A DNA stretch of 64,000 nt from Candidatus Hydrogenedentota bacterium (GCA_963745075.1 CAVUWV010000008.1:497837-561836); one strand, 5' to 3'; counted from the stretch's first letter, positions 19,388 through 30,055 are shown. Translations and numbers: made by a program. The notes: a model not told the origin generated them from the letters alone.

Positions 19388-21304
19388 ATGAGCAGCATCA
19401 GCGTGAAATTGCCGGATGGTTCCGCCAAGGAACTGGAATCGGGGAGTACCGCCCTGGATTTGGCCAAGGGCATCGGACCGCGGTTGGCCAAGGCGGCTAC
19501 CGGTGCGCGGATCAATGGCGAAGTAAAGAGCTTGCCCACGCCGCTGCAGGACGGTGACTCGGTCGAGATCCTGACCTTCGACTCCCAGGACGGGCGGAAC
19601 GTATTCCGGCACAGCGCGTCGCACGTGATGGCCTCGGCGATCATGCGGTTGCGGCCCGGGACCAAGCTGGCCATCGGTCCGGCCATCGAGGACGGATTCT
19701 ACTACGACATCGATACCGACCCGCCCATTTCGGAAGAGGATTTCCCGGTCATCGAAGCCGAGATGGCGAAGATCGTGAAAGAGGATGAGACCTTCGAGCG
19801 CCAAGAGGTGTCGAAGTCCGACGCGCTAGAGCGGTTTAAGTCCAACGACGACGCGTACAAGGTCGAGCTGATCGAGGATCTCGAAGACGGGACCATCACC
19901 TACTACCGGAACGGCGACTTTACCGATCTGTGCCGTGGGCCGCACCTGCCGTCCACCGGGCGAATCAAGGCCTTCAAACTGCTCAGCGTGGCCGGGGCCT
20001 ATTGGCGCGGCGACGAGCGGCGCCCCATGTTGCAGCGGATTTACGGGACTGCCTTTCCGAGCAAAAAGGAGTTGGACGAGTACCTGAAATTCCGGGAAGA
20101 GGCCGAGAAACGCGACCACCGCAAACTGGGCAAGCAACTCGATCTGTTCAGCTTCCACTCCGTCGGCCCGGGGTTCCCGTTCTTCCATCCCAAGGGGATG
20201 ATCGTGCTGAACGCGCTGATGGAATTCTGGCGCGAGGAGCATCGCAAACGCGGATACGACGAAATCCGCACCCCCATCATCCTCGAACGGGTTCTGTGGG
20301 AACAGTCGGGCCACTGGGACCACTACAAGGAAAACATGTACTTCACCCAGATCGACGACCGCGATTTCGCGGTTAAACCGATGAACTGCCCCGGTGGCAT
20401 GTTGGTGTACAAGTCGGACTTGCGGAGCTATCGCGACCTGCCCATGCGCATGGCCGAGGTGGGCACCGTGCACCGCCACGAGAAGTCCGGCGTGCTCCAC
20501 GGCCTGTCGCGCGTGCGTATGTTCACCCAGGACGACGCCCATCTTTTCATCACACCCGAACAGATTCGCGACGAGGTGATCGGCATCATCGATTTCGTGG
20601 ACCATGTGTACAAGGCCTTCGGCTTCGACTACCACGTCGAGTTGAGCACCCGCCCCGAGGATTCCATCGGCACCGATGAAATGTGGGAGACCGCGACTTC
20701 GGGATTGAAAGATGCCCTGGATGCCAAAGGCATGGACTACAAGATCAACGAAGGCGACGGAGCGTTCTACGGACCGAAGATCGATTTTCATATCAAGGAC
20801 TGCCTGAAGCGTTCCTGGCAGTGCGCCACCATCCAGCTCGATTACGGCATGCCGGAAAAGTTCGATCTCGAATACACCGGGTCCGACGGCGAACGTCATC
20901 GGCCGGTGGTCATTCACCGCGTGATCTACGGCTCCATCGAACGGTTCTTCGGCATTCTGATCGAACACTTTGCGGGAGCCTTTCCGTTGTGGCTGGCGCC
21001 CGTCCAGGCCGTGGTCGTGCCCGTCGCCTCCGCCTTTGACGAGTATGCCAAGTCCGTACGGGATCGCCTGTTTGCTGCCGGGCTTCGCGTGGAACTCGAC
21101 GACAGCACCGAGACCATGAAGTACAAGATCCGGTCCGCCCAGACCAAACAAGTCCCCTACATGCTCGTTGTCGGCGAACGCGAACAAGGCAGCGATTCCG
21201 TCGCCATCCGCCACCGCCGCAAGGGGGACATCGGAGCGGTGTCCGTGACCGAACTCATCGCCCGGCTCACGGACGAGGTCGCCAGCCGCAGCCTGGACGA
21301 ATAA
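19388..21304 (+). CDS. thrS: Threonine--tRNA ligase
   Basis: TGS domain, RHSASH, DLCRGPH, RDHRKLG, KPMNCPG, AFYGPKID. Confidence 0.98.
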   Translation: MSSISVKLPDGSAKELESGSTALDLAKGIGPRLAKAATGARINGEVKSLPTPLQDGDSVEILTFDSQDGRNVFRHSASHVMASAIMRLRPGTKLAIGPAIEDGFYYDIDTDPPISEEDFPVIEAEMAKIVKEDETFERQEVSKSDALERFKSNDDAYKVELIEDLEDGTITYYRNGDFTDLCRGPHLPSTGRIKAFKLLSVAGAYWRGDERRPMLQRIYGTAFPSKKELDEYLKFREEAEKRDHRKLGKQLDLFSFHSVGPGFPFFHPKGMIVLNALMEFWREEHRKRGYDEIRTPIILERVLWEQSGHWDHYKENMYFTQIDDRDFAVKPMNCPGGMLVYKSDLRSYRDLPMRMAEVGTVHRHEKSGVLHGLSRVRMFTQDDAHLFITPEQIRDEVIGIIDFVDHVYKAFGFDYHVELSTRPEDSIGTDEMWETATSGLKDALDAKGMDYKINEGDGAFYGPKIDFHIKDCLKRSWQCATIQLDYGMPEKFDLEYTGSDGERHRPVVIHRVIYGSIERFFGILIEHFAGAFPLWLAPVQAVVVPVASAFDEYAKSVRDRLFAAGLRVELDDSTETMKYKIRSAQTKQVPYMLVVGEREQGSDSVAIRHRRKGDIGAVSVTELIARLTDEVASRSLDE

Positions 21305-21319
21305 GGCGCGACAGCGAGT

Positions 21320-21350
21320 ATGGACTATGGACTGCATGGACCGGATGGAC
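21320..21350. repeat. Four ATGGAC units in tandem
   Basis: ATGGAC at 21320, 21327, 21336, 21345. Confidence 0.7.
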
Positions 21351-21556
21351 GTTGACCGGTTTTCGTCAGCATTTCCCGGTCTTCTCCCGTAAGTACTGGT
21401 TCGAAAGCCCACTCCCCAACACTCTCCAAAACGTGTATACTGTTAAAAGCAAGTGGTGGAAGGGCGTGACAAACGCCCTCCGTTGTTCATACGACGCGGG
21501 TCGTGTCCTGACTGTGCCTCGGTATCGCGAAGGTTGGGTTCATGGGAGGATTGCCT

Positions 21557-21907
21557 ATGGCGCTCGGTGGGTTGACTTCGAATTGTATCAACCACCCCGG
21601 AGTAGAGGCGGTGGGCCGGTGTAAGCAGTGCGGCAAACCGTTCTGCAATTCCTGCAAGATAATGGGTCCGACGGGGTTGTTTTGTTCGGAAGAATGCAAG
21701 CAAAAGCACGAGACGTTCGTACAGCGGGCCCAGCAATTCGAGTCCCGGAAGGGATCGGTCAGTATCATGGCCAAGGTCCGCAAGATCCTTGGCGGTCTTA
21801 TCGCGATCATTATCGTAGCAATCATACTGGGCGTAGTCGGCACCCTCATCGACGTTCCCATCTTGAGCGATCTTGTTCTGCGCGTTCGCGAATTCATAGG
21901 GACGTAG
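21557..21907 (+). CDS. Small membrane protein with B-box-like Cys/His zinc finger
   Basis: CINHP..CKQCGKPFCNSC..FCSEEC plus a C-terminal TM helix; RBS GGGAGGA. Confidence 0.75.
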   Translation: MALGGLTSNCINHPGVEAVGRCKQCGKPFCNSCKIMGPTGLFCSEECKQKHETFVQRAQQFESRKGSVSIMAKVRKILGGLIAIIIVAIILGVVGTLIDVPILSDLVLRVREFIGT

Positions 21908-21916
21908 GAGGCAATC

Positions 21917-22372
21917 ATGGATCTGAGTGGACTGAAGTGGCCCTTGATCATCGGGGTCGTCATCCTCGCGTTCTGGCTGGTATCGGAAGGCGGCGTCAAC
22001 TTTATGTACAAGCGATTCACGGCAACGTCGGTCGACCAGCAGGATGCAAACCAGCAGGTCGCGTATGAAGCCGGGTTAAGCCGTTTGGGCGGATTCCTGC
22101 TCAAAACGTTTCGATATAAGAGAGCCGAGGAAGTGTTGACGGAGGCGGTGACGCGGTATCCGGAAGGCAAGAACTATCTGTATAATCGATACCGTCTCGC
22201 GAAATGCGCGGAAAAGCTGGGGCGTTACGCGGATTCGGTGGCGATTCTCCAGAATTTGCGGGACCTCGGCGCGCATCAATACGACGACCGCGTGCCGGAT
22301 AAGGACGTGCTGCAACTTCGCATCGATAAACTGGCGGAAACCAATGAGTTGGGAGAAGTCGGAAGCGTATAG
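21917..22372 (+). CDS. Membrane-anchored TPR-like protein
   Basis: RBS AGGAGG; N-terminal TM; YRLAKCAEKLGRY TPR-like helices. Confidence 0.7.
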   Translation: MDLSGLKWPLIIGVVILAFWLVSEGGVNFMYKRFTATSVDQQDANQQVAYEAGLSRLGGFLLKTFRYKRAEEVLTEAVTRYPEGKNYLYNRYRLAKCAEKLGRYADSVAILQNLRDLGAHQYDDRVPDKDVLQLRIDKLAETNELGEVGSV

Positions 22373-22384
22373 CGTGACTTGCCG

Positions 22385-23149
22385 ATGGTGCATCGGGCTG
22401 AGAACCGGAGTGGGGACAGTATCTTGCAGGACCGGGTGATCGGCCGAATTCCAGTATTGGAGTGCCTGCGCGCGAAAAAGCGAACCGCGCGCAGGCTCTT
22501 TTTGTTGCGCGACGGAAAAGGGCTGGACGCCATCCGGTCGGCTGCGGGAGGAATCCCTGTGGAAGCGTGTTCGCGAGGCGAACTCGATTCCATGGCCAAA
22601 GGCGCGACGCATCAGGGCGTCGTGTTGGAGGCCGATCCCATCCCGCGTGTGGCGCTCGAAGCGTGGCTCGCGCAGTCCCTGGCACCCGACGCCGTGATCG
22701 TAATCCTCGACGGCGTCGAAGATCCGCACAATTTCGGCGCCATCGTTCGGTCCGCGTCCGCGTGCGGCGCCAGTGCCGTGATGTTTGGAAAAGATCGGTC
22801 GGCGCCGCTTTCCGCCGCCGCTACGAAGAGCGCGGCCGGTGCCATGGAGTACATCGATCTCATTGAGGTGACCAACCTGGTACGCGCGGTGGAAGCGTTG
22901 AAGAAAGCGGGATTCTGGATTGCCGGCCTCGACGCGAACGCGGATAAGGACCTGTGGGACGCCGATCTCACCGGGAAAGTCGGACTGGTGATCGGTAGTG
23001 AAGGCAAAGGCGTGCGCCGCCTCGTAGCAAAGCAGTGCGACTTTCACCTGCGGATCCCACTGACGGGCCCGATCACGTCGTTGAATGCATCGGTAAGCGC
23101 GGCCATCGCGCTGGCGGAATGCCTGCGGCAGCGGCGCGTCAAAGCTTGA
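22385..23149 (+). CDS. rlmB: 23S rRNA Gm2251 2'-O-methyltransferase (SpoU/TrmH family)
   Basis: HQGV, LDGVEDPHNFGAIVRSA, GSEGKG, SLNASV. Confidence 0.93.
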   Translation: MVHRAENRSGDSILQDRVIGRIPVLECLRAKKRTARRLFLLRDGKGLDAIRSAAGGIPVEACSRGELDSMAKGATHQGVVLEADPIPRVALEAWLAQSLAPDAVIVILDGVEDPHNFGAIVRSASACGASAVMFGKDRSAPLSAAATKSAAGAMEYIDLIEVTNLVRAVEALKKAGFWIAGLDANADKDLWDADLTGKVGLVIGSEGKGVRRLVAKQCDFHLRIPLTGPITSLNASVSAAIALAECLRQRRVKA

Positions 23150-23213
23150 GCATGGCGCTCCCAGTGCAATTCGGTATACTACATCGCGGCAATCGGTTAT
23201 CGAGGGGTAATCC

Positions 23214-24902
23214 ATGAATATTCTGGGTATCGGCGGATACTCGCACGATACATCCGCGGTGTTGGTATGCGATGGGCAACTGGTCGCGGGCGTTGCCGAG
23301 GAACGGCTCACGCGCAGAAAGCACCAGGGGCTGGTGCCGCGCTACGCGGTCCAATGGTGCCTGGAAGAAGCGGGCCTGACGCGGGACGACATCGATCACA
23401 TCTGCTGCTACATGCGCCCGGGACTGCGAATTGGGCGGCGCGTGCCGTACCGCATGTCCACGTTTCTTCGGGTGCCGTATTATGCGTCCGCGTTCATTGG
23501 GTATGAATTCGTTCACAACGCCAACTACATCATCGGCATGCGTAGCCTGCTCGGCAAGAAGGCGCGGCTCCATTTCATGGAACATCACCCCGCGCACGCG
23601 GCGTCCGCGTTTCTGGTGAGTCCCTTCGACGAAGCGGCGCTGCTGACCCTTGACTACATGGGGGAATGGGCCGTGACCTGGAGCGGGGTCGGTCGCGGTA
23701 CCAAGATGGAATACATCCAGTCCGAGAACTATCCCCATTCCCTGGGCGTCTTCTACACGGCCATGACCGCGTACCTCGGGTTCATGCGCGCCAGCGACGA
23801 GTACAAAGTCATGGGGTTGGCGTCGTACGGCGAGCCGGAATACGCGGATGAGTTCCGCAGCATGTTCCGCTTGTTGCCGGGCGGGCGGTACAAGCTCGAC
23901 TTGAGCTGGTTCCAATGCCACTACATGCCGGGTTCGCGGGTGGGGTACGTGTCGCCGAAATTCGAGAAACGGTTCGGCCCCACGCGCAAGAAGGGTGAAC
24001 CCATCGAAACGCGCCACCAAAACATCGCCGCGTCCGCGCAGTTGGCCCTCGAGGAAGTCGCGCTGCATATCGCGGAGGACCTGCACAAACGCACCGGTCT
24101 GCGCCGGTTGTCCATGGCGGGAGGCGTTGCACTTAATTGCGCCATGAACGGCCGGTTGTTGCGCGACTCGCCGTTCGAGGAGATCTACGTGCAGCCCGCC
24201 TCCGGCGACGACGGTACAGGTCTCGGCGGCGCGTTTATGCTGCACCACGAACTCACCGGCAACGGTCGATCCTTCGTGATGAACGACGCGCGCATCGGCC
24301 CGTCCTTTGAGAGCGCTGACATCAAGGTGTTTCTCGACTTGGCGAAGATCCCGTACGAGACCCCGGAAAGCATCGTCGAACGCACGGCGGAACTGCTGGC
24401 CGAGGGCAACATCGTGGGCTGGTTCCAGGGGCGCGAAGAGTTTGGCCCGCGTGCGCTGGGGTCCCGCAGCATCCTGGCCGATCCCACGCGCCCGGACATG
24501 AAAGACCTCATCAACAAATACGTGAAGCATCGCGAAGAATTTCGCCCCTTCGCGCCCAGTTGTCTGGAAGAGCGTGCGCCCGAGTACTTCGAGGGGTGTT
24601 CGTGGTCGCCGTTCATGCTCTTTGTCTATCCCGTAAAACCGGCCATGCGCGAGAAGATCCCCGCAGTGACGCACGTGGACGGCACGGCGCGCGTCCAGAC
24701 GGTATCGAAGGAAACGCATCCCCAGTACTACGCGCTGATCGAGGCGTTCGAGCGCCGTCGCGGCGTGCCCATGGTGTTAAACACGTCGTTCAACGTGATG
24801 GGCGAGCCTATTGTGAATTCGCCCGCCGACGCGATCCGCTGTTTCTACAGCACCGGGTTGGACGCCTTGGCCATCGGGGATTTCGTGGTGCTCAAGCGGT
24901 GA
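23214..24902 (+). CDS. O-carbamoyltransferase (NodU/CmcH/TobZ family)
   Basis: HDTSA, EERLTRRKH, HHPAHA, EYKVMGLASYG, GGVALNC, EFGPRALG.RS, REEFRPFAP, HVDGTARVQ, LNTSFN. Confidence 0.95.
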   Translation: MNILGIGGYSHDTSAVLVCDGQLVAGVAEERLTRRKHQGLVPRYAVQWCLEEAGLTRDDIDHICCYMRPGLRIGRRVPYRMSTFLRVPYYASAFIGYEFVHNANYIIGMRSLLGKKARLHFMEHHPAHAASAFLVSPFDEAALLTLDYMGEWAVTWSGVGRGTKMEYIQSENYPHSLGVFYTAMTAYLGFMRASDEYKVMGLASYGEPEYADEFRSMFRLLPGGRYKLDLSWFQCHYMPGSRVGYVSPKFEKRFGPTRKKGEPIETRHQNIAASAQLALEEVALHIAEDLHKRTGLRRLSMAGGVALNCAMNGRLLRDSPFEEIYVQPASGDDGTGLGGAFMLHHELTGNGRSFVMNDARIGPSFESADIKVFLDLAKIPYETPESIVERTAELLAEGNIVGWFQGREEFGPRALGSRSILADPTRPDMKDLINKYVKHREEFRPFAPSCLEERAPEYFEGCSWSPFMLFVYPVKPAMREKIPAVTHVDGTARVQTVSKETHPQYYALIEAFERRRGVPMVLNTSFNVMGEPIVNSPADAIRCFYSTGLDALAIGDFVVLKR

Positions 24903-26017
24903 ACGTTGTCATCCCGACAGTGGATTATCCGCCCATTGAAGGCGGGATCGGATCGCTCACCGTCCACGTTTCCCGCGAATTGGCCGCGGCGGGGCATCAC
25001 GTAACGATCATCGCGCCCTATTTTCCCAATCAGGAGACCTTCGACGCCGCCGAGCCCGTGGAGGTCGTGCGTTACGGCGGCTATCGTCTGGGATGGTTTC
25101 GCATCGTGCCGCTGGCATGGCGGTCCTGGCGCATCCTACGCAGAGCCGATCTGGTTCTGGGCGTGAATATCGCCTACGGCGGGTTGTTGGCGCTGCTGTT
25201 TGGCTGTCGATACGTGACCTTCGCGTATGCGTACGAATTCCTGAAATTCTCGCCGCGGTCCGTGCCGGGGCGGCTGCTGCGGCGCGCGTACAACCGCGCC
25301 AAGGTGGTCGTCGCGATCAGTCAGTTCACGCGGGTCAAACTCGTGGAATACGGCGTTAGTCCGAATCGGGTTCGCGTAATCCATCCCGGAGCGAACCCGG
25401 CGGTGATCCGATCCGCGAACGAACTGGATGCGTTGCAACGGCGATATCTGCTCGAGGGCAAACGCGTTATTCTCGCGGTGGGTCGACTCATCGAACGCAA
25501 AGGCCATCGGACGCTGATTGCAGCCCTGCCGGGCATACTGGAAAAAGTCCCTGACGCTCATCTGGTGATCGTTGGGCAAGGACCGATGATGAGCGCCTGC
25601 TCACGATTGGCGCAAGAGTTGGGGATTCGGGATCACGTAACCTTCGCAGGGCGGCTGGACGATGATGATGTGTCCGGGCTGTACCAACTCTGCGACGTGT
25701 TTGCGTTGCCGGCCGGGCAAGGCGAAGGCGGACAGGTCGAAGGGTTTGGATTGGTCTTTGCAGAAGCCCATGCGTACGGGAAGCCCGTCGTGGCCGGACG
25801 ATCCGGCGGCATGGTGGATGCCGTCGTCGACGGCGAAACGGGGCTCTTGGTCGAGCCCGGCAATCCCGAAGCGGTGGCCGATGCGGTGACGACGATTCTG
25901 CACGACGCCGATTTGGCGAAGCGTTTGGGTGAAAACGGCCGGAAACGGGTGGAATCGGAATTGAATTGGACGGCATTTACGCGGGCGCTGCTTGCCACCG
26001 TCGAGGAGCGGTCATGA
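24899..26017 (+). CDS. GT4 glycosyltransferase
   Basis: DYPPIEGGI, VGRLIERKG, EGFGLVFAEA; GTG start overlaps the previous stop. Confidence 0.92.
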   Translation: MNVVIPTVDYPPIEGGIGSLTVHVSRELAAAGHHVTIIAPYFPNQETFDAAEPVEVVRYGGYRLGWFRIVPLAWRSWRILRRADLVLGVNIAYGGLLALLFGCRYVTFAYAYEFLKFSPRSVPGRLLRRAYNRAKVVVAISQFTRVKLVEYGVSPNRVRVIHPGANPAVIRSANELDALQRRYLLEGKRVILAVGRLIERKGHRTLIAALPGILEKVPDAHLVIVGQGPMMSACSRLAQELGIRDHVTFAGRLDDDDVSGLYQLCDVFALPAGQGEGGQVEGFGLVFAEAHAYGKPVVAGRSGGMVDAVVDGETGLLVEPGNPEAVADAVTTILHDADLAKRLGENGRKRVESELNWTAFTRALLATVEERS

Positions 26018-27177
26018 ACCGCATCCGCGTCGCTCACGTAATCACGCGGCTCTGCAAAGGCGGGGCCCAGGAAAACACGGTCAGCACGGTGCGCTTGGCC
26101 AATCGCGACCGGTTCCAGGTCGACCTGATCAGCGGCCCGACCTACGGGAGCGAAGGAAGTATCGAAGACGCCGTCGCCGCCGCGGGGATTGAAATCGTCC
26201 GTATCCCCGAGTTGGTGCGGAATCTCGACCCCTGGCGCGACTTTCGGGCGTACCGCCACCTCAAACGGCTCTTTCGCGAGAAGCGCTACCATATCGTGCA
26301 CACCCACACCTCGAAGGCGGGGTATCTGGGCCGGCTCGCGGCGGCGCATGCGGGCGTCCCGATCGTCGTGCATACCCCTCACGGCCACATTTTTTTCGGG
26401 TACTTCCGCTCGGGGCTGACCGCCTTCTTCACGCGTCTCGAACGCCATGCCGCGCGCAAAACAGACCGACTTATCGCGCTGACACACCGGGGTATTGAAG
26501 AACATCTTGTACGAGGCGTCGGCCGGCCTGAACAGTGGGAGGCGATCTTCAGCGGAATCGATTTGTCACCGTACGCGCAGGCCATCGCCCGGCGGGACGA
26601 TACGCGTGACTTGCTCGGGATTGGCGCAGGCGATCTTCTTGTGGGCGCGGTGGGTCGTCTTGAACCCGTGAAGGGATTCGCGTATTTTGTCGAGGCCGCG
26701 CGCAGGGTGGCCGGGAACGCGCCGGAAACCCGATTCATACTCGTGGGCGACGGCTCCCTGTCCGGCGAGTTGCAATCGCGGGTCGCGGACTTGGGCGACC
26801 GATTTCAGTTCTTGGGGTTGCGTCACGACGTTCCCGATCTCATGGCGGCGATGGATGTATGCGTTGTGCCGTCACTCAACGAGGGAATGGGGCGCGTCCT
26901 CCTCGAGGCCGGGGCTGCCGGCGCGCCGGTAGTTGCCAGCAACGTCGGCGGCATCCCTGAGATTCTTCGCGATGGCGATACCGGAATCCTGGTAGCCCCG
27001 CGCGACGCGAAAGGCATCGCCGATGAGATTCTGACGCTACGCGACGATTCCGCGTTACGCCAACGCATGAGCGAAATGGCGCAGCGTGTCAGCGGCGATT
27101 ACAGTATCGAGCATATGGTAGAGCGTATCGAAGCCGTGTACGAAACGTTGATCGAGGAGAAGGGTCTTGACGCCTGA
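26014..27177 (+). CDS. GT4 glycosyltransferase
   Basis: HTHTSKAG, HTPHG, VGRLEPVKG, NEGMGRVLLEA. Confidence 0.92.
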   Translation: MNRIRVAHVITRLCKGGAQENTVSTVRLANRDRFQVDLISGPTYGSEGSIEDAVAAAGIEIVRIPELVRNLDPWRDFRAYRHLKRLFREKRYHIVHTHTSKAGYLGRLAAAHAGVPIVVHTPHGHIFFGYFRSGLTAFFTRLERHAARKTDRLIALTHRGIEEHLVRGVGRPEQWEAIFSGIDLSPYAQAIARRDDTRDLLGIGAGDLLVGAVGRLEPVKGFAYFVEAARRVAGNAPETRFILVGDGSLSGELQSRVADLGDRFQFLGLRHDVPDLMAAMDVCVVPSLNEGMGRVLLEAGAAGAPVVASNVGGIPEILRDGDTGILVAPRDAKGIADEILTLRDDSALRQRMSEMAQRVSGDYSIEHMVERIEAVYETLIEEKGLDA

Positions 27178-27889
27178 AGATGCGTTCCTGTCCAAACAGC
27201 GGATGCTGGTCATCGCGCCGCACGCCGACGATGAATGCTTCGGATGTGCCGGCACGATGGCGCGCATCAAGCATCTCGGCGGCGAAGTCTATTGCATCGT
27301 GTGTTCCGTGGGCGATCTGAAGCACTACGACGGCAAGACCGAAAAAGTCTCGGGGTCGACGCGCGAAGAAGAGCTGACCAACGTCATGAAGTACCTCCAG
27401 GTGGACGACTGGGAGGTCTTGTACCGCGACGAGCAGTCGCACCTGCGGCTGGACGCAATTCCCCGGCGGGACCTGGTGTCCCAGTTCGAGCGTGACTGTA
27501 AGCTGGCGCTGGACAAAGTCAAGCCCACCATGCTGGCCCTGCCGGTATCCTCGTACAACCAGGACCACGAAGCGGTGTTTCGCGCGGCGTGGACCGCATG
27601 CCGGCCCGGCGTGCCGTCCATCAAATCCTTTCAGCCCATCGTATTGGGCTATGACAACACGTCGTTATTCTGGAGTTTGGAACGCGAGAAGTTTCACCCG
27701 AATTTTTACGTCGATATCACCGATTTCCTGGAAAACAAGCTGACCGCGTTGTCGATGCACAAATCACAGATGCGGGACGCCATTCATCATTCCAGCGTGC
27801 AGAACGTCGAATACATTTCCCGCGTGCGCGGCCGCGAGGTTTCCGTCGAGGCCGCGGAGGGGTATATGGTCTTCCGGCACGTGCTGTAG
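27167..27889 (+). CDS. PIG-L/LmbE family deacetylase
   Basis: APHADDECFG, NQDH, PNFYVDIT, HKSQ, AEGY. Confidence 0.88.
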   Translation: MTPEDAFLSKQRMLVIAPHADDECFGCAGTMARIKHLGGEVYCIVCSVGDLKHYDGKTEKVSGSTREEELTNVMKYLQVDDWEVLYRDEQSHLRLDAIPRRDLVSQFERDCKLALDKVKPTMLALPVSSYNQDHEAVFRAAWTACRPGVPSIKSFQPIVLGYDNTSLFWSLEREKFHPNFYVDITDFLENKLTALSMHKSQMRDAIHHSSVQNVEYISRVRGREVSVEAAEGYMVFRHVL

Positions 27890-27954
27890 GAACTCGGACA
27901 GATTCAGTACGTGCGCATGCGCGGATTAGTTAGAAGAAGGACGAAAACACTGCA

Positions 27955-28998
27955 ATGAACAGCGAAACACTGATAATAGGTCTGCCGGCGGGGTCTTTGG
28001 CCGATCCGAATCGTGGCGGCAGCTTGATTGAACTCTTGAAGAACGCGGGTTTCCCGACGCGCGGCTACGACAAGGGCGGCCCCAGTTCGTTTCCCATCAC
28101 GTCCTTTCTGGTGGGGTGGGACGGCCGGCCCCAGGAGTTCGGCTCGCAGCTCGCCGTGGGCGAGGTGGACGTCGCCATCGGTGGGGACGATTGGGTGCGC
28201 GAGCGCATGCTCGAGTTCAAGTACGAATACAAGGAGACCATCGAACTGAAGAAAGTCCTGTCTCTCGAACGCGGCTCAGTACGTATCGTGATCATCGCAA
28301 ACGGCGTATCGGGAACCTGCGACGATTGGCTCAAGGGTTTGCTGTCCAAGAAGAAGCTGGTGACGATGGTGTCCGAAATGCCCTACATCGCCCTGGAATG
28401 GTTTCAGGCAAAGGCGAAAGCCCTCGGCTTTGGCGAGTCGCACGGCAAATTCTCGGTACAGAAATTCAAGACGCCGCCGCGCATCGATTCCGGCATCGTG
28501 ATCTACGAAACCTGGGGGAAAACCGAAGCGAAGGTGACCAACGGCTCCGTGGATTTCGGCCTCGAGATCACCCAGACCGGCAGCGCCATCGCCAATTACG
28601 GTTTGCAAATCGTCGACGAAATTATGCCGTCGGAGGCGGGCATCTGGGTGAACCCGGCCATTTGCGACAATCCGGCCAAATACGACCTCGCGCGCATGTT
28701 CGTACTGAACCTCTACGGGTCCATTTTCGCCGAGAACAAGGTGTTGTTGGTGTTCAATGGTCGCACGGCGGACGTTCCAAAGTTGATGGAGTACCTGCGG
28801 CATAATCGGTTATTCGGCGACGAGCCGACCATCAAGGAAGGGACGAACTTCACCGAGTTCACGATCAAGCTCGATACCACGAACAAGGCACTACCGCTGG
28901 CCAAGGCGCGCTACGAACTGGCCAAACTGGGCGCGACCCATCTCGAGACGATTCCGCTGGATTCATCCATCCCGGGGATGGATGTACTCGACTTCTGA
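27955..28998 (+). CDS. hisG: ATP phosphoribosyltransferase, long form, divergent
   Basis: IGLPAGSL, RPQE, D.AI.G.DW..E, TWGKTEAK, EITQTGS, C-terminal ACT-like domain with PTI. Confidence 0.7.
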   Translation: MNSETLIIGLPAGSLADPNRGGSLIELLKNAGFPTRGYDKGGPSSFPITSFLVGWDGRPQEFGSQLAVGEVDVAIGGDDWVRERMLEFKYEYKETIELKKVLSLERGSVRIVIIANGVSGTCDDWLKGLLSKKKLVTMVSEMPYIALEWFQAKAKALGFGESHGKFSVQKFKTPPRIDSGIVIYETWGKTEAKVTNGSVDFGLEITQTGSAIANYGLQIVDEIMPSEAGIWVNPAICDNPAKYDLARMFVLNLYGSIFAENKVLLVFNGRTADVPKLMEYLRHNRLFGDEPTIKEGTNFTEFTIKLDTTNKALPLAKARYELAKLGATHLETIPLDSSIPGMDVLDF

Positions 28999-29004
28999 GC
29001 GCAG

Positions 29005-29721
29005 TTACTTGACGATCATGCAACCCGCGATGATGTCGTGCAGGGCCTGCTTTCGTTGGGTGAAGAAGACGAAGAAGTAGCCCATTCCGCAGAACATTCC
29101 CGAGATAATTTTCGAGAAGTGCCTCACGGTCGCCCGCGCGAACGTAATCCCGTCCCCCGTGAGATCCGTAACGGCGAGTCCCAACGCGCGCTTGCCGAAG
29201 GTGGCGCCGTAACTGCTGCTTTCCTGAAACGCGAAATACAGCCACTGAGTTCCGACCAAAATAGCCAGCATCACCATCCCTGCGGCGAATTCGGCGGATT
29301 CGTTCTGGGGCTCTCCTATGAACGACGCGGCAATGAGCTGGAGAATTCCCATAATCGGTATCAGAATGATGAAATCGATGATCATCGCCGCTAACCGGGC
29401 GAAGAATCCGCCATTCTCAAAGGAGTCGTCGACAGCTACCCGACCCGTCACTATGGGTTGCGCCATCGGCAATGGATCCATAGGGCTCGAATACGCCGAA
29501 GGAGCAGCTTCGGGCTGCGGCGGCGGTGGTGGAGGCGCGTTAACGAACTGGTCCTTGACCGCACCGGCCTTTTGCCAGTTCTCCATGTGCGGGGCCCAGA
29601 CGAGGTCCGTATCGTGGAGGTCCCCCTGGGCGTACATCTGGGCTAGGACTTGGGCCGTGACGGGCCCGAATTTCTGACGAGACTGTGCGTAAAACCATTG
29701 CTTGTCGGAGTTTGCAGGCAC
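29005..29721 (-). CDS. RDD family protein with N-terminal GYF_2 (DUF4339) domain
   Basis: WFY..KFGP..DLVW..M..W; GFFARLAAMIID, ATFGKRALGL, QALHDIIAG. Confidence 0.88.
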   Translation of the reverse strand: MPANSDKQWFYAQSRQKFGPVTAQVLAQMYAQGDLHDTDLVWAPHMENWQKAGAVKDQFVNAPPPPPPQPEAAPSAYSSPMDPLPMAQPIVTGRVAVDDSFENGGFFARLAAMIIDFIILIPIMGILQLIAASFIGEPQNESAEFAAGMVMLAILVGTQWLYFAFQESSSYGATFGKRALGLAVTDLTGDGITFARATVRHFSKIISGMFCGMGYFFVFFTQRKQALHDIIAGCMIVK

Positions 29722-30055
29722 GATAGGAGCCTCCGTTCAAGGTCGGTAATGCGGTGGTGTTTCCCTCTCTTCAATGAATCCCCAATGCATCTTATACCAG
29801 AACCCATTGGGGCGCAATAGGAAAGAAGGGCAGAACCCCGGAAGTTGGACCAACAGGAGTCGCATGCAAATTGCATTCAACGCCGATAATTTGCTATGCT
29901 CCTTTGGTTTGGGCGACGCAGCCTGCTTTCCGCCCGCGCGATCCCTCGCAAGCCGGGGAGTATTGTGCGGCCTGTTCCGAGTACCGATCCGGGAAGCGAT
30001 CATGCTGTGTCTCAGGAAGTTACACTTTCCACGAACTTGCGCCGAGGATTGAATT

